Shown one piece after another: positions 10,034 through 18,310 of a DNA stretch of 64,000 nt; positions within the stretch are counted from its first letter, which is position 1, and the number at the start of each line of letters is the position of its first letter. Origin of the DNA: an uncultured virus (IMG/VR IMGVR_UViG_3300008255_000127) (taxonomy: Duplodnaviria; Heunggongvirae; Uroviricota; Caudoviricetes); IMG/VR virus record IMGVR_UViG_3300008255_000127. One strand, given 5' to 3'. A model generated the notes under the pieces. That model was not told the origin of the DNA. It saw only the letters and a list, made by a program, of their open reading frames with translations, and ran no database searches. The position numbers were made by a program, and so were the translations under genes.

Positions 10034-10486
10034 TCATCCGATCTCGAAGTAGTCGTAGGCCAGCTCGACGCTCTCGATCAGCGGGTCGTCGCTGTCGGCG
10101 TCCCAATCGCCCGCGACGAAGCGGACGGGGAAGCAGCCGTAGAGCGTCCACCGCCGGCGCTCGGAGCCGTCGCGGTCCCGCTGGACCACGTCGATGGTCC
10201 GCTTGTAGTTGTTCTCGTTCAGGCCGGTCCCGGTGGACGCCTTCGAGACCTGCTCCATCCAGTCGTAGATGTCGCGGTCGTCGGTCGCCCCCCGGCCCAG
10301 CGTGACGTTGGGGTAGTTCTTCTTGACGGGGCGCTTGTGCGGGATGGCCCGGCCGCCCTCCATGAGAGAGGCGACGGTCACCTCGACTGCCAGCTCCGAC
10401 ATGGTCAGGAAGCCGGCGCGCTGGATGCCGTCGATCTCCACGAGGTACTCGTGGCGCGTGTAGAAGTCGAGGGGCTCACCGGCCAT
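10034..10486 (-). CDS. Tail tube protein (T4 gp19-like)
   Basis: Motifs EGG…KRP…Y.NVTL.RG, RRWTLYGCFP, DWDA and IESVELAYD. Confidence 0.93.
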   Translation of the reverse strand: MAGEPLDFYTRHEYLVEIDGIQRAGFLTMSELAVEVTVASLMEGGRAIPHKRPVKKNYPNVTLGRGATDDRDIYDWMEQVSKASTGTGLNENNYKRTIDVVQRDRDGSERRRWTLYGCFPVRFVAGDWDADSDDPLIESVELAYDYFEIG

Positions 10487-10510
10487 CTGTCGTCCTCCTG
10501 CAGCGGGGCC

Positions 10511-12718
10511 TTACAGCGCCCGGGTGTCCTGGGTGATCTCGATGATCACGTACTCGGTCGGCTTGGCGGTGGCCAGCAGCGCCTTGGCGTTCAGCCGCCC
10601 GGCGAACTCGTCGGCGGTCGAGTTGTTGGTCGTGTCGCAGACCACCTGAAAGGCGTCCTCGGGCTCTTCGGAGCGGAAGGCACCCCGCTGCATCTGCGTC
10701 ACGAGGAAGCTGATCATGGTCCGGCGCACCGAGGCGCGCAGCGATTCGCCGTTGCGCTTGAAGCGCGCGAAGTCGAGGCCCCGGCGCAGCGACCGCTTGA
10801 TGAAGTTGACGCCGCGCCGCTCGTTGATGTTGGGGAAGTTGCCGTCCCCCTTGAGCGTCCGGCTGCCGTCCACGTAGTAGGACCGGCCCGGGGCGGTCGT
10901 GATCGGGTTGATCCGCTTCGGGTAGACGAGGTCCCTGGTCGCCTCCTCGAGCACCGCCTCGTCCTCGACACCGAGCACGCTCAGCAGCACGCCGGGGCCG
11001 TCGGAGCCGGCCGGGGGGTCGTAGACGCCGCCGGGCCGGGCGCCGTCGCCCTTCGCCATCCGACCGCAGATCAGCCCGCTCGGCGCGATGGTGATCGTGT
11101 CCTCGTTGCCGAAGATCGACTTCGACGGGTTGAGCACCTTGCACCAGGGCCAGTAGACCGCGCCCTGCTCGCTCGCGCCAATGAGCGCGGCGGTGGTCTC
11201 CACCCACGTGATGACCTCGGTGCGGTCCTGCGCCTGGGGCACGTCGATGACCGCGAAGACCTCGCCGTCGCGCGTGTTGTCGCAGTAGGCCAGCATCCCA
11301 CTGGCCACCGCGGCGCTCGCCCGGCCGGGGATCGCGATCACGGTCAGGTCGAGGGTCAGGTCGAGGGCGCGCAGCCCGGTCCGGCCGGCGTCGCTCGAGC
11401 CGCCGAGGAAGTCGTTGTCGTCGAGGTCGACCAGCCCGTCGTTGCCGCCGGCGAGCACGATGCTCTGGTTGTCCGGCCGCGGGTTGCCGACCACGTCGAG
11501 GTCGGTCAGGCGGATCAGGTCCGACCCGGCGTTGACGATGTCCACCGCGTAGCGGTCGTCGGTCGGGTCCGGGCTCAGGTTGACGAAGGTCTCCTTCACC
11601 ACGCCGTCGATGGTGACGGTCGTGTTGAAGCGCGCGGCCTCCCCCGAGGTCGCGGCGGCCACCGCCACCGCGGCGCCGTCGGCGTAGGTCCCGTGGGTCT
11701 TGCCCTCGACGGTGTAGACGTCGACCGAGCTGCTGTCGGCCCCGGTCTGCACCACGTCCTCGACGAAGCCGAAGGCATCCGCGGTCGCCCCCTTCACCTC
11801 GAGGGTGGCGGCCAGCCCGGTGTCGCCGGTCGAGATGCGGAGCAGCCCGCCCGACTCGTCCACGACGACCTCGCCCGGCAGCGCGGCGGCCTCCACCAGC
11901 GTCTTCACCTCGTCGGCGGTGACGGCGGCGAGGTTGGCGACGCTGCCGGCGCCGGCCACGCTCTCGGCGAAGGCGAAGGCGGCGGCGGCGGTGCCACCGT
12001 CCACGGAGACCGAGCTGTCGGTGCCCTCGATCTCCGACTCGATGAAGATGTCGGCGCCGTCGTTCCAGACCTTCGCGTCGTTGATCTGCTGCGCGATGAC
12101 CGCGGTGGCCTCCCCCAACGTGACCGCGCCGATGACGGCGATCAGCGGGTCGGCGGCGGCGAAGGTGACCGTCTGCTGCGCGCCGCCGTCCATCGTGATC
12201 AGCAGGGTCTGGCCGTCGGCCAGGGCCAGGGGGAAGACGCCGGCGCTCTGGACCTGCTCTGCGGTGCCGTTGAAGGTCGCGGTGTCGTCGGGGCCGCCGT
12301 CCACCGAGAAGACGAGGGTGTCGCCGTCGACCATGGCGAAGGGGGCCGCGCCGCCGGAGATCCGCGCCGGAGTCGCCGCGCCGGGGGTGACGAGGTTCTT
12401 CGTCGACCGGACCGCCGTCAGGGTCGTCGGGTCCAGCACGTCGGTGTAGTGCGCGGTGCGCACCACCCAAAGCTGCCCGGAGCCCTCGGCGAAGAAGGCC
12501 CGGACCGCCTGCGCGAGGTGCGCGGTGGCGATGTTCAGGTAGCCGCCGAAGTGCTTGGTGTACTCGGCGAAGCTGGTGACGAGGACCGGGGTGCCGATGG
12601 GGCCGCGCTCGGCGACGCCCACCATCCCGAAGACCGCGGTCGCGGCCCCCTGGATCTGACGGACCGCCGGCGGGGTCTCGATGACGGCGACCTTGGAAGC
12701 AAGCTCGGTGGCGGCCAT
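10511..12718 (-). CDS. Tail sheath protein
   Basis: Start MAATELASK. Contains GVAERGPIGTPVLVTSFAEY, LAGGNDG, YWPW, RINPI, INERR and AFQVVCD.TNN…KPTEYV. Confidence 0.95.
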   Translation of the reverse strand: MAATELASKVAVIETPPAVRQIQGAATAVFGMVGVAERGPIGTPVLVTSFAEYTKHFGGYLNIATAHLAQAVRAFFAEGSGQLWVVRTAHYTDVLDPTTLTAVRSTKNLVTPGAATPARISGGAAPFAMVDGDTLVFSVDGGPDDTATFNGTAEQVQSAGVFPLALADGQTLLITMDGGAQQTVTFAAADPLIAVIGAVTLGEATAVIAQQINDAKVWNDGADIFIESEIEGTDSSVSVDGGTAAAAFAFAESVAGAGSVANLAAVTADEVKTLVEAAALPGEVVVDESGGLLRISTGDTGLAATLEVKGATADAFGFVEDVVQTGADSSSVDVYTVEGKTHGTYADGAAVAVAAATSGEAARFNTTVTIDGVVKETFVNLSPDPTDDRYAVDIVNAGSDLIRLTDLDVVGNPRPDNQSIVLAGGNDGLVDLDDNDFLGGSSDAGRTGLRALDLTLDLTVIAIPGRASAAVASGMLAYCDNTRDGEVFAVIDVPQAQDRTEVITWVETTAALIGASEQGAVYWPWCKVLNPSKSIFGNEDTITIAPSGLICGRMAKGDGARPGGVYDPPAGSDGPGVLLSVLGVEDEAVLEEATRDLVYPKRINPITTAPGRSYYVDGSRTLKGDGNFPNINERRGVNFIKRSLRRGLDFARFKRNGESLRASVRRTMISFLVTQMQRGAFRSEEPEDAFQVVCDTTNNSTADEFAGRLNAKALLATAKPTEYVIIEITQDTRAL

Positions 12719-12729
12719 GCGCGTTCTCC

Positions 12730-13653
12730 CTACAGGGCTTCGTCTTCGACGACCACGTCGTCGACGACTCGGCTTCGGTTCAGCGGGCGTCCCGAGTCGA
12801 TCTGGACCCCCAGGATGGTGACCTCCCAAACGGCCACGTTCGGCCGCTGGTCCGTGCTCATGGTCGTTCGCACCTGCCCCGCGACCATCGGCCACCGCAG
12901 TGTACCAGAGTCTGGGTCTCCATCGACCTTGAGCATAGAGAGCCGCCGGTTGGCGTTCAAGAAGCGTCCGACGGCGGCGATCATGTTGTGGAGCTGGCGC
13001 TTCGCTCCGGCCTCGGTCACGAGGTTGAGCGCGAACTCGAGGTGGTACGCCAGCCCCTGGCTTCGCGTCTCGAGCACGTCCGCTGGGCCGACGGGGACAT
13101 CCTCCTCGCGCAGATCCCGCTGTCGCCAGAGGAGGGCGGGCGTCATCTTCGGCCCGGCCAAGATGATCGCCGGGGTCTCGGCGACCTCGACCACGCGAAG
13201 TCCGTCGCCGGTGTCCGGGTCGAAGTCGACCGCGACGCCGGGGGTGACCCGCGCGACCACCTCTCGGCGAAGCAGGAGGATGAGGCGCCCGATCAGCCGG
13301 CTCAGCTCGCTCGGCTGGGTCGTCGGCGTCCTCGTCATGGTGAAGGCGTCGGCCGAGACGTCCACCTCGCCAACGACCGGCAGGCCGCCGGCGTCGAGGT
13401 TCTGGATCGAGACATCGACCAGACCAGGGCCAGCGGTGTTCGGATCGTCGGCCGGATCGGGCTCGAACTTCGGCACCCGCACCAGGGCCACGCGGTCAGG
13501 CCCCTCGTCGATCACCCCGAGCACATCGGCGACCGCCTCGCCGAAGCGCACCTCGACGCTGTCGGCGAAGTCGACGCCGGTGATGTAGGCCAGCTCGGTC
13601 CCGTCGGCGACGGCCGCGTTCGGCGTGATCAGCGTGATGGAGGGCACCGCCAT
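12730..13653 (-). CDS. Tail completion / sheath terminator protein with N-terminal IPT/TIG-like domain
   Basis: N-terminus PSITLITPN…GTE..ITG.DF…V.FG is an IPT/TIG signature. Positioned before the sheath gene. Confidence 0.6.
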   Translation of the reverse strand: MAVPSITLITPNAAVADGTELAYITGVDFADSVEVRFGEAVADVLGVIDEGPDRVALVRVPKFEPDPADDPNTAGPGLVDVSIQNLDAGGLPVVGEVDVSADAFTMTRTPTTQPSELSRLIGRLILLLRREVVARVTPGVAVDFDPDTGDGLRVVEVAETPAIILAGPKMTPALLWRQRDLREEDVPVGPADVLETRSQGLAYHLEFALNLVTEAGAKRQLHNMIAAVGRFLNANRRLSMLKVDGDPDSGTLRWPMVAGQVRTTMSTDQRPNVAVWEVTILGVQIDSGRPLNRSRVVDDVVVEDEAL

Positions 13654-14238
13654 TCAGGTCCACCCCATATCCTTCGCGATCTCGGCGAGCATCCTGCGCT
13701 GCGGGTTGCTCCTCTTCCAGCGGTCGAAGGCGGTCCGAAGGAAGGGACGGGCGGGGATCTGGATCACGACGACGCCTGCAGGCCCGGACGACCCGCGGCG
13801 GCGCTTGCGCCGGCCTCGCTCGCGCGAGAAGAGCGCCCCCAGGAACTTCCGCATCTTCGGGGTGATCGGGATCACGAACGGCTGGGTGCCGTACTCGTGG
13901 ATCTCGGCGATGCGGACCAGCTTGTCGCCGGCCTTCCGCGGGACGCCGACGAAGGCCCGGTCGCCGCGGGCCACCACCGAGATCGAGTTGCGCAGCTCGC
14001 CGCTGCGGATCAGGGGCTTGCCACCTCGAAAACCGCTTAGCCGGCGTGCGGCCCGCGTGAGGGGCGACAGCGGCTCGAACTCCTTGGACCCCTTTCGAAG
14101 CCCAACGACGATCTCTCGGCGCAGACGCTGCGCCTCCCGGCGCACAGCGAGGTTGATCGCCCGGTGCATGCGCGGCCCACCGCCGGCGCGGAGAACGCGA
14201 CGAGCCCGGTCCCACTGGCCTACGCGGCGCACAGCCAT
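13654..14238 (-). CDS. Neck / virion morphogenesis protein (Mu gpG-like)
   Basis: Basic protein with KPLIRSGELRNSI, IAEIHEYGT and IPARPFLR motifs. Confidence 0.8.
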   Translation of the reverse strand: MAVRRVGQWDRARRVLRAGGGPRMHRAINLAVRREAQRLRREIVVGLRKGSKEFEPLSPLTRAARRLSGFRGGKPLIRSGELRNSISVVARGDRAFVGVPRKAGDKLVRIAEIHEYGTQPFVIPITPKMRKFLGALFSRERGRRKRRRGSSGPAGVVVIQIPARPFLRTAFDRWKRSNPQRRMLAEIAKDMGWT

Positions 14239-14258
14239 CAGGTCGTCCCCCGGGCGCG

Positions 14259-14765
14259 CTAACCCTGCGGTCGCGGCGCCAGCTTGAGGCACAGCAGGTT
14301 GCGGTGCGGGTTGGCCAGGGCCAGGGCGAACCCCTCGGGGCGCGCCTCGGTGACGTAGACGGGCTCGCGCGGCGTCATAACCACGGTGCCGTCCTCTCGA
14401 GAGATCGAGACGAGCCGGTCGCCGGCGCGGATCGCGGCCATGCCATCGGCGCCCACCAGCCCCTGGGCCTCGAGGTCGGCGAAGTGCAGGGTCAGCTCGA
14501 TGTCCGAGTCGGGCACGTTGCCCGCCTCCACCATCGCCAGCCCCTCGAACGCCTTATCGTCGATCTGCGCCGGCAGCCGGATGTTCGGGTCCAGCTCTCG
14601 CCGGATCGGGACGCCGGCGTCGGCGGCCCCCTCGAGGGCGGGCTCGTCGTAGAGGGTGTCGTACCCCTTGGTCGCCGGCCCGGGCGGATCGACCGCCTCG
14701 ATGCCGGCCGGGTCCAGACGGGCCAGTTCCACCACGAAGGGGCAGATCAGGAAGCCTCGAAACAC
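14259..14765 (-). CDS. Head closure / head-tail joining protein (putative)
   Basis: 168 aa beta-rich ORF in the neck position of the operon. Confidence 0.55.
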   Translation of the reverse strand: MFRGFLICPFVVELARLDPAGIEAVDPPGPATKGYDTLYDEPALEGAADAGVPIRRELDPNIRLPAQIDDKAFEGLAMVEAGNVPDSDIELTLHFADLEAQGLVGADGMAAIRAGDRLVSISREDGTVVMTPREPVYVTEARPEGFALALANPHRNLLCLKLAPRPQG

Positions 14766-14766
14766 G

Positions 14767-15786
14767 TCACACGCTCGCGATGCCGGATCGGCGGTAGCGC
14801 TTGATGATCAGGTCCACCTCGGCGTTGCCGGTGAACGGCGCGTCGCTCGCGGGGCGCTGCGCCCAGGCCGCGCTCTGCGTCTTGGTGCGGATCGAGATGA
14901 GCTGCCCGGCGCCACCTCCACCACCGCCACCGCCGGCGAGCGCGGTCGCGATCGGGGTGCGCCGGCCAGCCACCAGCATGATGCAGGCACGCTTGATCGG
15001 GAGCGGGACTCGCCCGAAGGCAGATCCGTCGGCCTCGGTGTAGCCGAAGACCCCGGTCACCACGATGTTCTGCTCGCCCTTCGGCCAGCGCTGGGCGTCG
15101 GTCGCCTCCGGGTCCCATCGGAACCCAGGCGCGTCCTCGAAGCGCGTCCCCTCCATCGGGCCGCCCTCGACGAGGATCATGTCGGCCGGGTCGTAGGTCG
15201 TGTCGCCCACCGAGATCGAGTCGATGCGGAGAGGGGGGGCCGGGGTGTAGAGCCGGAGGGTGCCGGTGCCGTCCAGCCGGAGCGTGCGCATCCGGGGCTC
15301 GAACCACCACCGGCAGTAGCTGTCGAGGTCGCGGCTGGCCTCCTCGATCATCTCGCGCAGGCGGGCGTCGCTGACCATCGCCACGGTGAGCCACTCCGCC
15401 CGGCAGTCCTCGACGGTGCAGTAGCCGCGCAGCCGGTCTGCGCGGGCGGCCACCGCATCGCCCACCGAGAAATCCTCGGTGAAGGAGGACTCGGGGTCGC
15501 CATCCTCGGCGACGAAGAACCAGCGGATCTCGTGCGGGCCGAGGGCCTCGTCGTCGGGCACCAGCCAGTCGGCGACGTAGTGGCCGACCTCGAGGGCGTC
15601 TGCGTCGAGGTCGACCGCGGCCCGGCCGGCGACCGGGTAGGTCTGCACGTCGGGGCCGCCGTCGGGCGTGCTCCAGATCTCGAACTCGAGGGTGAAGGGG
15701 GCGAAGGGGATGCCGGAGCGCTCGAGGTAGACATCGAGGGTCGGATTCTCGAACGAGCTGGACTCCCCCCTGTTGATCTGGACCAC
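14767..15786 (-). CDS. Head-tail connector/adaptor with N-terminal Ig-like extension
   Basis: Motifs YCTVED…ASRDLDSYC..WF, LDG.G, NIVVTG.FGY and VP.PIKRAC are typical of adaptors. Confidence 0.75.
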   Translation of the reverse strand: MVQINRGESSSFENPTLDVYLERSGIPFAPFTLEFEIWSTPDGGPDVQTYPVAGRAAVDLDADALEVGHYVADWLVPDDEALGPHEIRWFFVAEDGDPESSFTEDFSVGDAVAARADRLRGYCTVEDCRAEWLTVAMVSDARLREMIEEASRDLDSYCRWWFEPRMRTLRLDGTGTLRLYTPAPPLRIDSISVGDTTYDPADMILVEGGPMEGTRFEDAPGFRWDPEATDAQRWPKGEQNIVVTGVFGYTEADGSAFGRVPLPIKRACIMLVAGRRTPIATALAGGGGGGGGAGQLISIRTKTQSAAWAQRPASDAPFTGNAEVDLIIKRYRRSGIASV

Positions 15787-15844
15787 GAGGCACCTCGCTC
15801 GGTTGGCGCGGACTCAGGATAGCAGAGCCCGGCGAGGTGTGGGA

Positions 15845-16240
15845 TCAGGAGGTGGGGCTGGCCTTCTTCGTCGAGCGCCGGCGGCTGCGACCGCTGCTCT
15901 TCGGCTTCGCCGGGGCCGGGGCCGGGGCCGGGGCCGGGGCCTCGACCGGGGCCGCCTTCGCCGCGCGGGTCGCCCGGGGCCGGGGCGGGACCGGCTTCGG
16001 CTTGTCGTCGATCACCTCGATTTCGAACATGCGCGGGCCGCGGGTCACCGGCTGTCGCTTCTCGCGGAGGATCGCGGCCAGATCGGCGGAGACCTCGCGC
16101 GACTGCCCCTGCGTGAAGGGGTGGGCCTTGCGGCGCGACCGGGGCTTCGCGCCATCGGGCCTGGGCTCGAAGACGGTGATCGTCTGCGTCGGGTAGTCCT
16201 TCGCCGGACCCTCGACCATCGTGGCGATGTACTTGGGCAT
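15845..16240 (-). CDS. Small basic protein with Pro-Ala repeat, downstream of the capsid gene
   Basis: Begins MPKYIATM, has (PA)n and an Arg/Lys-rich tail. Confidence 0.55.
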   Translation of the reverse strand: MPKYIATMVEGPAKDYPTQTITVFEPRPDGAKPRSRRKAHPFTQGQSREVSADLAAILREKRQPVTRGPRMFEIEVIDDKPKPVPPRPRATRAAKAAPVEAPAPAPAPAPAKPKSSGRSRRRSTKKASPTS

Positions 16241-16345
16241 GGAGCTGCTCCAGGGCTGGGTGGTCTGCCCCCGGGGAATCCCCCGGGGGTCACACAGCAT
16301 CGTCGCTCAGAACGGACGCCGGATCAAGCGTCCGGCGAATCAGGA

Positions 16346-17290
16346 TCAGGCGAAGCCCTGGTTGAGGACGTTGTCGCCCACGACCACCGCGTTGGGGTCG
16401 GAGAACTTCACGTCCATCCGGCAGGTGATCACGATGCTGATGTAGCCGGCCCGGACGTTGCGGTCGACCTCGAAGCGGATGTTCCGCCAGAAGCCCACCA
16501 CGATGTTCTTCGGCACGGTCAGCAGCACCTTGGTCTCGTCCTCGCCCACCCCCAGGTCCTCGGGCCAGAGGCCGATCGGGGTGATGAGGGTGCCGTGGTG
16601 CTTGATCGAGGTCGCGTCCGACTGCTGCTTGTCGGCGGCGTCGGTCTCGCGGTCCTCGAACAGCAGGCGGAAGTCCTCCTCGGCGTTGTCCGAGGTGAGG
16701 AACTCCATCTTGCTCTTGAGCCGGCGGTAGGGCTTGGGGATCGCCCGGTGCATCAGGGTGAGGTTCTGCCGGTTCACCCGGTCGCCGCCGAAGTCGACCA
16801 CGTGGAGCGTCGCCTGCTTGAGGATGCCGTCCAGCGTGGCGAGGTAGTCGTCGGCCGAGTCGACGTCGCCGTTGATGACCAGCTCCTCGAGATCCGCCGA
16901 CACCCGCTCGCGGGCCATCGCCGTCACCAGGGCGGGGAAGGTGCCGCGCTGGATGTTGTCCTCGACGATCTCGTCGGGGATGCGGATCTCGCCCTTCAGG
17001 AGCTGCGCGTCCAACTCCACGAAGCCGAAGTCCGGGTTGGACCGATCGGCCTCGTTGTTCAGGGCGGTCGCCGAGGTGCCGCGTCGCATGATCCGGCTGT
17101 TCAGCCCGATGCGGGGGATGCGCTGCTTGGGCGCGTCCATCGGGGTGACGGTGACCTTCTTCATCAGGTCACTCGACTGGATCATCTCCTTGATGAACTG
17201 CTTGGCCTTCGCCGGCTCGAGCAGCCCGCCACCGTCGCGGATCTCGTCGAGGGCGAGGTCGGCCTTCTGGATGAGCTGCCGATTCGACAT
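16346..17290 (-). CDS. Major capsid protein (HK97 fold)
   Basis: 314 aa. Motifs GGLL.P..A..FI, EDNI, DLEELVINGD and DGILKQA. Follows the scaffold and protease genes. Confidence 0.92.
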   Translation of the reverse strand: MSNRQLIQKADLALDEIRDGGGLLEPAKAKQFIKEMIQSSDLMKKVTVTPMDAPKQRIPRIGLNSRIMRRGTSATALNNEADRSNPDFGFVELDAQLLKGEIRIPDEIVEDNIQRGTFPALVTAMARERVSADLEELVINGDVDSADDYLATLDGILKQATLHVVDFGGDRVNRQNLTLMHRAIPKPYRRLKSKMEFLTSDNAEEDFRLLFEDRETDAADKQQSDATSIKHHGTLITPIGLWPEDLGVGEDETKVLLTVPKNIVVGFWRNIRFEVDRNVRAGYISIVITCRMDVKFSDPNAVVVGDNVLNQGFA

Positions 17291-17377
17291 CGCTCTGTAC
17301 CTCTCCTGCTGTGAGCCGACCGCTGCCGGCCGTTGTAGCCTACTACGCCACCGAGGTCTTCACCAGCGCTTGCTGGA

Positions 17378-18310
17378 TCAGCCCTTCTCGGGCGCGTTCA
17401 GATCCGAGGGCCAGTCCACGTCGACCCCCTTGCGAGCGTTCGCGCGGGCGCCCCCACCGGAGCCCCCGGTCGACGGCGCGACCGGCACCGCCTCCATCTT
17501 CGTCACGCGGGCCTGCAGCTCGCCGAGGGCTTTGCCCACCGCGTCCTTGGCCTGGGTCTCGAGCAGCCGGTCGAGCTTCTCGTCGAGCGCGCCGAGCTTC
17601 TCGAGCACCATCGCCCAGCGGTCACCCTCGGTGCCCGCGGGCGCCTCTTCGCCGCCCTCGCCCTCGGGCGCACCGGGATCGCCGCCCATGCCGGGCTCGT
17701 CATCGGGGGCCTTGCGCGCCTCGGCGATCAGCTCGGCCTGCTTGGTCAGGATCGAGCGCTCGATGGGCGCGAACGGGTCGGAGCCGCCCGCCGACTTCAT
17801 CAGCCGGACCACCCCCGCCGACTCGCGCATGCTGTAGATCAGCGTCCAGACGGAGTCGAGGTGGTCCATCGCGGCCTTGAAGTCGACGTCCTCACCGTCG
17901 ATGGACGCGAGCACCTTGTCGACGGTGGCCTTGAGCGCGGCGGCCTGCTCGTTGAGCAGCGCCATGTGCGCCGGCGCAGCCTTGTCGGCCTCGGCCCCAT
18001 CCTCGCCGGCGTCGCCCTGCTCCTCGTCTTCGGGCGAGGCGGGCTCATCGGCCCCACCGCCACCGGCCGGAGGCTCGGCCTTCTCGCCCTCGGCCTGGGC
18101 CTGCTCGCCGTCCTTCGGGGGCTCGGCGCTGGCCTTCTCGCCTTCGGCCTGGGCCTGCTCGCCGTCCTTGGTGTCCTCGGCGGCCTTCTCGCCGTCGGCC
18201 TGCTGCTCGTCGCGCTTGGTGATCACGAACTTCTCTCCGTTGGCGGCGCGGTCGACCGCGCTGACCTCGTCGATTTCGAACTCGTCCAGGCGGTGCTGCG
18301 GGTCAGGCAT
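17378..18310 (-). CDS. Capsid scaffolding protein
   Basis: N-terminal EVSAVDRAAN..KF.I.KR motif, acidic low-complexity and coiled-coil body. Directly upstream of the capsid gene. Confidence 0.75.
   Translation of the reverse strand: MPDPQHRLDEFEIDEVSAVDRAANGEKFVITKRDEQQADGEKAAEDTKDGEQAQAEGEKASAEPPKDGEQAQAEGEKAEPPAGGGGADEPASPEDEEQGDAGEDGAEADKAAPAHMALLNEQAAALKATVDKVLASIDGEDVDFKAAMDHLDSVWTLIYSMRESAGVVRLMKSAGGSDPFAPIERSILTKQAELIAEARKAPDDEPGMGGDPGAPEGEGGEEAPAGTEGDRWAMVLEKLGALDEKLDRLLETQAKDAVGKALGELQARVTKMEAVPVAPSTGGSGGGARANARKGVDVDWPSDLNAPEKG

Noticed and set aside
1155..12718. Extracellular contractile injection system or tailocin
   Set aside because: Capsid, portal, terminase, scaffold and protease genes are contiguous with the tail genes, so this is a complete phage morphogenesis module.
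9863..13588. Very long plus-strand ORFs (for example 1241 aa) and other antisense or alternative-frame ORFs throughout
   Set aside because: They are shadow ORFs of high-GC coding sequence, Arg/Pro/Gly-rich and without motifs. The minus-strand frames carry the recognisable phage proteins.
18080..18195. Tandem DNA repeat in the scaffold gene; (GGGGCC)n around 15910-15940
   Set aside because: These are simple coding repeats (KDGEQAQAEGEKA twice; Pro-Ala linker) with no evidence of separate function.
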